Of a stretch of 64,000 bases of DNA, positions 38,401-51,924 are shown piece by piece. The stretch spans positions 27,094,001-27,158,000 of the forward strand of contig NC_043016.1 of assembly GCF_006345805.1 (NCBI RefSeq). Reading direction: 5' to 3'. Positions within the stretch are counted from its first letter, which is position 1, and every line of letters begins with the position of its first letter. Both the position numbers and the translations under genes were made by a program. The notes beneath the pieces are model-generated. The model was not told the origin of the DNA, did no database searches, and saw only the letters and a program-made list of their open reading frames with translations. This DNA comes from Octopus sinensis. Lineage: Eukaryota.

Positions 38401-41400
38401 CATGCTCAAGAACACAGTGCATTGCCCAGTTTAGGAATCAAAACTATGGTCTTGCAGTCATTAGTGCAACACCCTAACCACTCAGCCACACACCTTTACT
38501 GTATGTACACACACACACTCAGCTATTGCATACTCAGTTTATATATATTTCAACAGCTTCACTGCCTGATCTGGATTTAGATGGCCTGCCAAAAGCTGTT
38601 TATGCTTACCTATAAACAATTTAGAATTAATGTTTGTCACTTCCTGTGATTAAAAACTCAAATAGGCACATTTCAATTTCAACTGTTTTTATTATAGAAA
38701 ACGAAAGGTCCATAATCAGAAAACCAATGTAGGTCTGTGTGAGCAGCAAGTAGTTTGGAAGGAAATACTGTTGTTAAAATAGATTACTTCTGTAAGGAAA
38801 AGTAAAGAAGCATTGGATATTTATTTTAACTACCACATTTCTTCTTCAAAAATTATGATACCTGTAATGAGGTTTGAACTTATTCTATTGATAACAAGGT
38901 CATTGTAAGTTCAAACCTCATTACAGGTATCGTATAACACCATAAATATTGTCTTCCATTCTAACTTTAGCATATGGCCTGTAATTTTCAGGAAGGTACA
39001 TTGACTTCACTCCTCAATTTTATTTTAGAATACCATTATTAATCTCAAACTTCTGCAGTTGTGCTATGAAGAACATTGCATAATTTGGATGACTTTTGTC
39101 TGAATGCTTTTTGCTTTAAGAATGGTTATTTAGCTAAGAAGTTAGCTTTGCAACCTTGTGGTTTTGGATTCAGTTTCACTGTGTAGTATCTACTATAGCT
39201 TGGGCTGATCAATACCTTGTGAATGAATTGGAAAAATGTGCCCAGAAGTCTGCCATCTGTGTGTCTTTGTGTTTGTTTCTCGCTGCTGGACAACTAGTGT
39301 TAATTTGTTTATCCTTGTGACTTAACGGTTCAGCAAAAAGAGAATGATAGAATAATATACCAAACTTAAAATAAGTACTGAAGTCAATTTGAAAGACTAA
39401 GTACCTTCAAGATGGTGCTACAACATTGCTGTAGTCCAGTGACTTAGACAAGTAAAAGAATAATATTGTAGGCACTGTCTAATATAAAAGTTTCTCAGAA
39501 AATATTACCAGATTTTGTTGTTACTATTTTTGAATTCTAAACAATGTTTTGCAATGAATGATTGGTTTTAAGCATTTTGTGTATATATGATAATTTTCAT
39601 TTCATAGGTTGAAGATTTTGGTCTTGCCAATAGAATTGATTGTATTTTTGGAATTGCTGCAGAAAATATTGTTCTTATTGAAGAAAGTACCAAAGATGTG
39701 ATATTTAGTGTTCCTTGTACAAAAGTTCTTGGCTGGACAGCATTTACTACTAGGTAAGATTGCCAATATATTTAACCCTTTGATAAAAACTTGCTTGAGA
39801 CTGTTCCTGGTTCTGATACAAAGTTCCTGTTTTAGAGTAATCTAAAAACTTATAAACATTTCATAGATTCTCAAAAACTGATCAATTCAATTCAATTGGT
39901 TTTAAGGAATTTGATATCGAGCCATAAATATTAATATACTAATACATGGTGTTTATACAGAGAGAGAGAGAGAGAGTGAGACATAGATATGGCCTTCATT
40001 GATTAATGTTGACCAGCTTTAGCATGATTTTTTTAGAATGTTGGTAGTTGCCCATGCTTGCAAGTCTCCGTTGTCATGTATTCTCTTTATCTGCCCTGCC
40101 TACAAGTGTTGGCAGTCATGGACCTAAGTTGAGATTCGTGACCTTTCTCTTGGGAAAGGTACAACAGTTGGTTTCTATTTCCTGCTGGTTTACTTACAGT
40201 TTACTCTGCTAGTCTTTTGTTCTCTTGGAGTACAGGGCTTGTTTAACCCTTGGGTAAAATAACTGGTTCATGTGAAGGAATGTCTTCACAGTTGTGGACA
40301 TGTATGACACATGTTAGGAGCTACCTCTATTGTAAGTCTTGTGTGCCTTAGCCAAAGAACCGGTTTCTTGTTTGACCTATTTGTGGGGCTCTTTACAAGT
40401 ACTACCACACTGGACTAAACTCGTGAATTTGTAAGCAGGAGCCTCACCACCAGATGCAGTTTTTTCTTGTCAAGGACACCTGTATTTTTGAGCTATTACA
40501 CACAACTGAACCTAATCCTTGGAACATCATCATTATTGCTGCACTTATTTGTTATTGCCCATCATTGTTACGGTCAGTTTCCTACACTAACATGGGTTAG
40601 GTAGATTTGCAAAACAAGTCTTTCTCCACATGTCTTGACCCACAAAACATTCCCTGATTCATATATCATGACCATTATTCGATCTATTACACACATATTT
40701 GGTAGTTTTATGTTTGTTGGGTGCCCTCTCCCTCCTTTCAATTTTCTCTTAGCCATTGTCTGTTATCATCATCATCATTATCATCATTTAATGGCTGTTG
40801 TCCATGCTTGCATAGGTTGGATGGTTTGACTGGGCTGGAAGGCTGTGCCAGGATCCAGTCTGATTTGACATGGTTTTCTTCGGCTGGATGCCCTTCCTAA
40901 TGCCAACCATTCCAAGATTGCAATGGTTGCTTTTACATGCTACTGGCATGGGAACCATTTGCATGACACTGGTATCTGCCTTGACTGTGATTTTGCTTGG
41001 CTTGATGAGTCTTCTCAAGTATGACATAATGCCAAAGGTCTTGGTGATTGCCTCCACTTGAAAGGATCTCAGCCACTTTGCCACCATGAGACCCCTTTGT
41101 ATCAGTTGTGTGTTATAGATGTTTAATAAATGTTAAATTATTTCTGATATTTTTCTAGTCTAAAACTGTATCACAGCCAAGGGGAATGTGTTGAAATTAT
41201 GCCATCCAGTGGAGAATCTGATGAAGTTCTTGAAATTGTCAGCTGTTTAAGTGCTGTAACGTTAGGTTGTCAAGTAAGTATGTCTCATGTTAAAGCATTC
41301 TGTTTTTGTTGTTTAACCTCAGGTCAGATCTGTGTTCCAAGACATTTCTGGAATACTATTGATGTGCTGATGTCTTAAGATGGTGGGGGTGTGGTTTGAA

Positions 41401-44400
41401 TGAGGCTCAGCTGGTGTTTTTAGGAGGTCTAGCATATAGGGTCTCCCATTTTGTTTTCTATAAATATCATCATTTGATGTCCATGTTCCATGTTGGTTTG
41501 GGTTGAATGGTTTGACTGCATTGTGCTCCAATGTCTGCTTTGACATGGTTTCTACAGCTGGATGCCCTTTCTAATCATCAATCATTTTACAGAGTGTTTT
41601 GAGTGTTTTTTTTTGTGTCACCATCCAGTTCATGAGACTATGAACCCCAAGTGGGAAGAGGGAACTTTATGCTGACAGATTGGATAGGGTGGATGGGTGG
41701 ATGTAATGGGAGGAGTGGGAGAGACTAATGATGCATGGGGGTGATATATTCTGAAAACCAAGAGAATTTGGCTGCTATTACTGGCAGATTTAGTACACAG
41801 ACTTTATTTCCATACATTTGTGAAAATGTATAGGTTTGGGGATGTTAACAGGAAAATAGAGCTCAAAACATTTTTTTAACATCTATTTTGTCTTGTTAGC
41901 ATGGGCCGGATGGAATTTGTTGAGGCAAATTTTCTATGTTGGAAACACTTCCTCTTACCAGCCATCCTCTGTTTCCAAGCAAGGTAATATTTCCCCATAA
42001 CAAGACATGTTTTAAGGGAGATTGGAAACAGATCCCACTTGCATGACTGTGGCATTTGTTTACAACTATCATAAGAAGTCACTGTAAGGAAACAGTAATA
42101 CACACACAATGGCATGGGTCGCATGGTTTGACATGATTCAGTGGGTTGGAGGGTCTCATCTCACTCCAATATTCCAGTTTTGTCATGGTTTCTACTGTTG
42201 GATGTCTTCACCGATATCAATTTATGAAGGGTACTAGGTGTGTGTGGTAGGGGTGTGGGGAAGGGATATATTCATGTATAAGTCAAGTGCTTTCCTCCCA
42301 ATTATGAGGGTTATGATATGGTGAGTAGGGGAAATGAGAGGGTATGGAATAGGTACAGTAGTTAGAGTAGATGTCCATGGGATGTGGAAATACAAAATAT
42401 GTAGTAGGTAGGTGGGGGTATGTACATGAATAGAATGCTCGGTGTGTTATTTAATCAAGATTGGTTATGTCTTTTATTCCAATCTAGTCAGGGTAGAATT
42501 TTTCCTTTTTATCTAGTTAGTTAGTTAATTTTTTGGCTCAAAAAGCAAAAAGCAAGGCCATGTAGGGGGACATGGAGTTATGTACAGGGTGGTGTTCATG
42601 TAAAGAGTTCAGGCCACTTGTGGTCAAGGGAGACTTTGAACCGAGCGGTCGTTGGCATCTTCACTATCTCGTCCGGCAGCTTATTCCACGGATCCGCAAC
42701 CCGGACAGAGAAAGCCCCTCTCCTTCGATTGAGATCCAGTAATATACTGGAATAGTCTAAATTAACTTAACTCTCCTCTGAAAATTCCTAGCTAGTCTTT
42801 TATATTTTTATAGCTTTATCACTGCTCTTACACCACATCTCCCTTAGTCTGGTTGGAATCTTGCACCTGCCACAAATTTAGTCTGTGGCCCTCAGTATGT
42901 TGCCCTCTACAAACTTCCAGTTGTCTTCTGTTACAAGTTTCTATTTCTTCCCCCTTTTTGTGAAATGCTTGACTTGGACAGACATGTCCGTTGAAGTCAC
43001 CAGCCACAAGGATAAGATCATTGTCATTATATATATATATGTTCCAATCTAGTCAGGGTAGAATTTTTTCTGGCAGAATCGTTAGCATTCTGGGCAAAAT
43101 GCTTATTGGTATTTTGTCTGCCGTTACATTCTGAATTCAAATTCCGCTGATGTCAACCTTGCCTTTCATCCTTTTGGAGTTGATTAAATAAGTACCAGTT
43201 ACGCACTGGAGTCGATGTAATCGACTTGATCCCTTTGTCCTTGTTTGTCCCCTCTATGTTTAGCCTCTTGTGGGCAATATACACATATATATATATATAT
43301 ATATATATAAATATATATTTTTTTTTCCATATTTTCCAGACACAAGAAATGACACTGAAGCGAAATGGTCTGGGACAACTTGGTTTCCATATACAAGCTG
43401 AAGGAATTGTAACTGATGTTGAACATTATGGTTTTGCTTGGGATGCTGGAATCAGGAAAGGAACGCGACTAGTTGAAATTTGCAAAATAGCTACAATAAC
43501 TATGACCCACGAGCAAATAGTAGATTTATTGCGTACATCATCAACAGTTAAAGTAGTAGCTATACCACCAGATGCGAATGGCAATCCAAGGTAATAGCCG
43601 TTGCTATTGTAATTATTACTGTTGTTGTTGTTAGGCTGGTGGGTGGATGAAATTGATCAAAAATGTCTTTCAGTAATTGTTTATATTTTTGTTTCAAATC
43701 TCACTAGCATTGCTTTTTACCTGTCGACCCTCTAGGGGTCAATATAGAAGGTACCGATGGTTATATAAGGTTGTGGATTTAATCAACTGTCTTATCTCTC
43801 AAAATGTATAACCTTGAGCCTTTGTTTGAAATGATTATTGTTGTTGTTCTTTCCACTTATTTTAGTACCTTTTTTCCAGCATGCACCAAAATCAATTCTA
43901 TTTATCTCGCAGAAATGTGGGGAATGTATTTTCTGTTTGTAAATGTTATGTGTATTCACCTTTAAGTTCTCAATGTATGAAGTATGCTGAACTCTTAATA
44001 AAGCTATCTTTTGTAGAATACTTAGATGAAATTTGGATCTTTTTAACCACTCCTGGAGCTCAGTTTATACCGTTGGGTATACATTGAGTGTTATATTGTA
44101 TGTTTATTTTTAGTTTACGAGAAGTCTAGAATGCATTAATGTTGAATACAGAAAGGAAAACTTAAGGAAAAGTTTCAATTCCTTGAATCACAAAAATAAT
44201 AACAAATAGAAATAATAGACAAAACGAAATGAAACAGCTGAGCTGTTATTTGCACTTTGATATGTTTTGTTTACAAATTCTAATTTGAGAATTTAAATAA
44301 AATTTAACTTTCAAAAAACATCCCAATTAAATTTTACTGCATAAGTACAATTTGGTACAAATTAAGTAAATCTGCTTTTTGGTTGGGATTGAGTGGTTTA

Positions 44401-47400
44401 AAGTTGCAAGAAAAGTTCAAGCCATTCTAAAGGGTTTTCATTTCATTTTGTTTTGAGGTATACTGGTTTTTTAACACTACATTTGTAAAGGGATTTTTCT
44501 TTAGATGAACTACTACAGGCTAGAAGAATTTAAACAACATAGGCATTAGATACATAGCATCCAGAATGTTTACATTTTTAGAGTTTCTTTTTAACTCAAA
44601 ATTTGAATAAAAGCTACAGCTGGCTGTAAATTCAATAAAGGATGTAAAATCTGTCTGTTCATGATAGTTATTAGTACAGTAGGGTATCTAGCAAAGAGAG
44701 AAAACCATTATTATAGATTTGGTCATTGTATAAGAGTAATTACTAATCTACAGATTCAAGAAATGAATTCCAAGAATTATTTTATATTGTTCCATTATTT
44801 AAAAAATAATCCTTATTTCTATTTGTTATTGCTATTCTTCTTAAAGCTGGTGGAATCTGTTAAAGCTGACAGAATCATTTACACACCAGGAAAAATGCTC
44901 AGCATCATTTTGCCCATTTTTACATTCTGAGTTAAAATTCCACTGAGGTTGACTCTACATTTCACCCTTTTGGGATTGATAAAATAAGTACCAGTTGAGC
45001 AAAATAGTTGATGTAATCTGCTAGCTCCTCCTCTGAAATTGCTGGCCTTTGTGCCGAAATTTGAAACTAATATTATTAACACTGCTGTTGCTTTTGGGAT
45101 TTTCTCTGAGATTAAGTTATTAAATGTATTTCTCTTAAAAGTTTAAAGGATTTTCATAAGTCACAAGTTTTCTACCTTTAACCCTTTAGCTTTCAAACTG
45201 GCCATCTCCGGTCAAATTATTCTAAGTTTTATGTTCAAACTGGTCAGTCTGGCTTCTCCCATCTATCCTATAATGTCATTCTAAAAATAAACAACCACAT
45301 CATTAAAATTTTGAAGCAACCAGATAATGCTTAATTCAAAACAATTTGAATTGATAAGTTACATTTGTCAGAGTAATCTGAATACTAAAGGGTTAAGGAT
45401 AATATCTTTTTATTATCAAGAAATATTCTTTGTAAGTTAAGCATTCATAATTATATATTTTGCACGTGAACACACACACATCCACACATACATTCACACA
45501 TACACACACCCACACATATATATTTATATATATAGGGTGTATTTGTTCATGGGAACAAGAATAGTCTCAGTTAAAAAAAAAACTCAGTACTATAGAAGTT
45601 TGTCTGATATCTTCATCATCATCGTTTAACTTGTTTTCTGTCCAGGCAAGGGTTGGATGGTTTGACAGGATCAGTTAAGCTCCAGTGTCAGCTATGGCAT
45701 GTTTGCTACAGTTGGATGGAAGCTTTTTTCATGCCTTGGGTACTAGTGAGGTTGCCAAGTAACTTACAAGACAAAAACATGGTTAAGTGGTGGTGGTGTG
45801 TTACAAGATAACTATAATAGTTCTCCAGGGTACCTAGTTTTAAATTCTTCCGTTATCTGGAGGAAAATGATGAAAAGGAGGGAATAGAGATTCAAGCCCT
45901 GGTAAACTCCTACACATACTCTAAATTCATTGCTGTACTGGTGATAACTCACACTTTACTGATGGCTCTCCTGTACATGGCTTGAAAGAATTTTGTCTAT
46001 ACTAGCAGGTGTTATGAAATATATGAAAGCATATAAACATAGAAGAAAAGTGTACCTTAGGTGAATATTCACAAATGTACAAACCTCTGAAAGTACGATT
46101 AAAGAAATGAAATAAATCACAAGTGCATTTCATGCTATGATGTGTGCATGGAGGTATTGGGGGTCAAAATTTGTGGTGCTTAATTACTGGTATGAGTGGC
46201 TATATTAGCCATTAGGTTTCATTTAGTTCTTGTCAGTTGTTAACATTATATTACCTATGCATGTGCGGAGAAGAAATGGCAGTTCAAATTGGAGTTAATG
46301 CAGGTGTGTGATTTTTCACAACAAATTTGAAAGGTGAGAAAGGAAACTAGCAGCTAATTAATACAAATATTTTGCATCTGGAGATAAACTATTGTCAGTC
46401 ATCTAAATAAGATGACCAGTTATGCCATATGGGGATGATGGGCAGTTTTACAGCATTTGGAGATGACCAACAGTTTCATCTCGGTAAGATAACCTCTGGT
46501 GACATCTTGGGAAGGTGACTAATTGTGTGGAACTTGGTTTTATTCTCCCTCTCTATCCACATATCTCCAGATAAAATACAAGTATTGTACAGAGTAAATT
46601 GACTTTGCCTTTCAGTTTTATTTTTTTAGTCTATAAATTTGCTGGCCAGATAAATATCTAGGATCTATGTATTTATATATCCTCTGTTTGAAACTTTTAA
46701 AATTGTGTCTATATTGGCTACTGTTCTTTTTTTATAAAAGATGAGTTTGGAGGTCAGATCAATTAATGGTGGGGCTATTAAGTTTGTTTTTAATTGAGCT
46801 CTTTACTTTCTGAGTCCAAGCCTTGCCAAAGTCAACTTTGGCTTTCATCCTTTAGTGAAGTCAGGGAAATAATGTACCAGTTAAGTACTGGAGTCAGTAT
46901 TTAATTAGAAACTGTTATCATTTCCTTTTTTTTTTTTTTCTTCCTCAAGTGGCAGAATTATTGGTACATCAGATAAAATGCTGTTGAGCATTTCATTCAA
47001 TTTTACATTATGAGTTTAAATTCTACACTGCCTTTTAGCCTTTTGGGGTTGATAAATTAAGCACCAGTGAAGCACTGAAGGCATTGTAATTGACTGGTAC
47101 TTTTGCCCTTTGCTTTTCTGACCTGGTGCCTATAGTAAAAAAAAATTATTTTTGTTGTTATTACTATGGCATTGGATTGGTAAAATCATTAGATTGTTGG
47201 ACAAAACATCTTGTATTTTTCTGGGTCTTTACATTCTGAGATCAAATCCCTATTTAGATCATGTACAGGAGTTGATTTAATCAGCTAACACCCCCCCCCC
47301 TCTACAATTACAGGCCTTATGCCTACATTGGAAACAATTGTGATTAGAGATTATCATGCAACAATATTGTTTATAATCTCCATTAATTTCTATAATAAGA

Positions 47401-50400
47401 CATTGATTTATTTAACTAGTTTAAGTTAAATAATTACATTAAAATGCATAAACTTGTGCATATGTATGTGTGTGTGTGGTATGTTGCATGCATGCATGCA
47501 TCTTTGTGTATATTTTCAAGTATTTGTGCTTGAATCTGTGTGTATATACATGTGGGTATGTGTGCACAATGATTGACATCATCCATGTTGAAGAAAAGTG
47601 GAAAATACAGTCAGTGTTCTACAGTAACATTAGAATGAAAAACTAGTGTGGCAGGAAAAATGCTCAGCATCATTTTGCCCATTTTAAAAAGAAGTTAAAG
47701 CATTTAAAAGCTGATATTGCACTGGAAATGACTGTAATCACCAACACCAATATTTCATCCCTTGTCATAAGCAATAACTGATCTCTCTGCATAGGACCAC
47801 GGTCTGTTTTATAAGCTGAAGGAGTCTCTGCTAGTGTTCTTACCCCAATAAGAATACTTTATTTTTTATTATATTATAAAAATATATGGAATATAATTAA
47901 TAGAAGACATTTATCCAAGGTGTTACACCGTGGAACCGAATCCAAGATCATATGTTTGGAAAGCAAGCTTCTCAACCACACAGCCATGCCTGGACCCACA
48001 GTGTTTATTTCCTTGTATGTCTCCAGTTTCCTTTATTATTCTCATATCCTAATGAAATGGTGAATTAGGATTGTAATCATCTCAGGCAACTGCATCCTGA
48101 TCATTTCTCAACTTTCAGGTAATGAACAGGTTTTTCACAGCACATCCCAATATTACAACAGAAGTTGCTTTAAGAATAAAGTCTGTTACATAACAACACT
48201 GACATCTACATCTCAATAAAAAAATACAAATGGGAAAGAAACATAGCCAAATATCCACCTCCATTTAACGTGATGTGGAATCAAGTTATTCTATAACAAA
48301 TATATGTAACCAAAGATGTTTAGTATCATTGAACATTTTCTAGAAAATCTTGAATCTCAAAATTGTTTAAAGAAAATTTTTAATGAGTTAAAAAAAAAAA
48401 GCTCTCAAAAAATGTTTCACTAGCATACCACTACTCCATACTATGGTTCTACTGCTTAATCAAAACACACAAGGATACCAGTGAAATGAGGCAGCTCAAA
48501 GTATGCCCGATTTCAGCACAAAATCCCTGCACCAGCACATTATCCAATGATGTTTGTTTTGCTTCTATTGGAGTTCTGTTAAGGGAATGCATGCGTGAAC
48601 AAAATTTTGATTTAAATGGATTTAAGGTCATATTGCCATATCATTGGTACACAATGTCCTCAGCTATACTGTTAGATTCCAAAAGCAATTGTTAGAGTCA
48701 GAGCAGTTGTAGGTGTTGGTGTTTTGTTGTTAGTGGTTTTGTTAAATTTACTAAGTTTAGCAGTGATATAATATGCTACATTATGTATTTTGGACTAGTT
48801 AAATGCAAAAGTTTAGCTATTTTCATTAAAGATTCTATCATATTTATGTTTTAAGTGGAAAATTCAGGCTATTCATATAGTTACTGTAATACTGAATGGA
48901 GATAAATACTAGGTTACCATTTTGATTGTTGTGGGTAAGTAGTTGTTCTTATATAAGATAGTATACTTAGAACAACTTCTAAGGGTTTCGTTATAATATT
49001 GTGATGTGTTGTGAAAAATCTGTATTTTGTAATCATCATCATCATTTAATGTCAGCATACATAAGATATTTGGGGTAAGGCTGTCAGGGATGGTTATATT
49101 TTAGTTTTTTATTAGGTTTGTATATTGAGTAATAAAAGGAATTGAAGTTCAGAGTAACATCCTGGGAATTGAGTTCTGTGAGTGAGATGAGCTTTGATGG
49201 TTAATCAGAAACACAGGTCTTTAACCCTTTAGTACTTAAACCGGCCATATCCGGCCCAAATAGTTAATCTGTTTTATGTTCAAACTAACCAGATCCAGGC
49301 TCTCACACCTACCCTACAATGTTATTCTACATTAAGTAATTACACCATCAAGATCTTGAAGATATGAGATAATGCATGATTAATTCAAATTAATGGGAAT
49401 CAATAGGCATTATGTTTGATTGAATAATCAGAACACAAAACGGTTAAAGAAGTTGTAAAGGTTCCCTCTGTATTCACCAGTCACATATGACATATTTAGA
49501 ATTGAAAACCTCTCATCATAAAAACTGCTCATGATTCCGGGAAAGTAGATTTACATTTTGTGCAGTAGGTAGTCCAACAAGCTCACTGGTTTCTGCAGAG
49601 CCCTAGGCACTTATAGTAACATCAAAAAAGTTATTGAATTTCATATTGATCTATAAGTTATTGTTATACTTGACAACCACTTTATGAGAGTACTTCACGA
49701 GTTCAGTTTTCCTCTGTTATATTGGTGATGGATTTAGTTAGTGTAATTGATTATGTTAATCAGTATTGGTAGATTTATTTATGAAAAATAGTCACAAATC
49801 TCAAACTGGAAAGTTTTACAAGGTGACCATCTCATATCACTAACAGTGATCTCTGTCTCCATATACATGTATATATTGTGTTTACTCATTCTTTCTGTTA
49901 TTCCATTCATCAAATCTCTCCTATTCTTAACCCTTTAGCATTCAGATTACGCTGTCAAAAGTAATGTTTATTTATTCACATTGTTTTGTATTAATCATAC
50001 ATTATCTCATGACTTCAAGACTTCAATGAAGTGATGATTTATTTTCAAGCAGCTGGTCAGTTTGAACATAAAACAGGTAGAATATTTGGGTCAGATATGA
50101 CCACTTTAAATGCTAAAGAGTTAATTCATCTCTTAGTCTTTCACCCTCACCAGTATTTAACACATGTAAATCTGTCAATGCTAACTCTGTATTTGTATAT
50201 ATGACTATTAGTATCGTTTTGTTTCAATTTTGATTTGGTTACTGTTTTAACCAGCTTGAGTCTAACTTCCAAGATCAGTCACATAAAGTATGAGTTGAGT
50301 ACTGAGGTTGATGGTATCAAATAACTCCTTCCTTTCAATACTGGTCTTGCACCTGTGTTAGAAATAATTATTATTTTAAAGAAATGTGTGAATTGTAGTG

Positions 50401-51888
50401 TTTCACTGGTTTGAAAAATCACATCCAATCCTTGCTAGAAGTGAAGATGATGAAAATCTAGTTTTCTGTTAGATGTTACTTTCCTCTTGTTTACCACACA
50501 AAGGTTAGGGCTGAGTGGATGTAATAACAGTGATGAGTGACAGAAAGATGAGAGGGTTAAAGTTGTATGGGTGGTGAAAGTGCCAGACCAGAAATATCTG
50601 AAGAAGAGAAGCTATTAATAGTAGTGACAGAAGAGATAGAGAAAAGAGACAACATGCCTGCCTGAGGGCTAGAGACCAATGGATGTCTATCAGAGTTAAT
50701 GAATTGAAGTTTTCTTTTTGTTTTTAATTTTTATTTTCCTCTTTGAATTACATTTTGAGAACTTGAAATCAAAATTTGTATGATAATTTCTTGTTTGCAT
50801 TTTTTTTTCTCTCTCTTATATTACCAATTGTTTAGGGGGTTCCCAAACCTAAGCAGTTTGCAAATTCTGGTCAGTGCAGTTCACTTAAAATATGCCAGGT
50901 TTCTCTTTTCATTATTTGGTACTCCATCCAGTATTCTTCTTTACTCTTTGCTCTAGAGAAGATTCTTTGCCAATGCATATCTACTTTGCTGGGTATTTTT
51001 TTTTTTTATCCCTATCTGAAAATAATTAAGGTGCTGCCATTTTATTTTAGTGAAAAAAATATATTTATGCTTCTCTTTTGATCTTATGAACACATAAATG
51101 GCTTTTTTCACTTTTATGCCTGGTTTTTACCAAAAAAAAAAAAAATGCTATGTAATAATTTTGCTGTATTTTTTAGTCATATTATTATTATCACCATTGT
51201 CAACCCCACCATCATATCATTTGTTGTGTCGTCAGTTTTAGTTGCTCCTTCTGTGTGTCATAGGTTGGATATAGTTGTAAATACAATATTTCACATATAT
51301 TTCATTGCTGAATCCTATGTATGAAGTCCAACATTTTCAGGTCTAAAGTTTTTTTTCTTATCTCTGCTACCCTGAGCTGATTCTATTTGCACATTTGGGT
51401 GCATTTCAGCTAATTTTCACTTACATTACGTGTTGGTTAAAGCACTTTTGCAATAGAAGTTTATTCTATTGTAAACCTTAACATTTAAAAAAAATAATTG
51501 TTTATGTCCAAAGATGAATGGTAGTACTCTTGATCCCCTTATACAGAGCTTCTGAGACTGATAGTAGGGAGTTGAGGATGCTTCAAGCAGGAGAACTGGG
51601 TCAAATGTTTGCAACATAATTGACTCCTCCAAAGTCACCTAAGGACCAGGTGAAATTGTTAACCTTTTTGCTACTAATCTGTCTGAGAAACTACTTCTGG
51701 TTCTAAGTTTTAAAGTGATCTAAACCATAGGCGTAGGTGTGGCTGTGTGGTAAGTAGCTTGCTTACCGACCACATGTGTGGCACCTTGGGCAAGTGTCTT
51801 CTACTATAGCCTCAGGCTGACCAAAGCCTTGTGAGTGGATTTGGTAGACGGGAACTGAAAGAAACCCATTGTATATATATATATAATA

Positions 51889-51924
<36 letters not shown>

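Noticed and set aside
43870-44087. Extra SIPA1L exon after the PDZ exon (ttccag|C ATG CAC CAA...)
   Set aside because: Phase-compatible acceptor but no convincing donor or homology; composition is intron-like.
48110-48220. Candidate exon tttcag|GT AAT GAA CAG...
   Set aside because: It would need phase 1, whereas the preceding exon ends in phase 2. There is no good donor.
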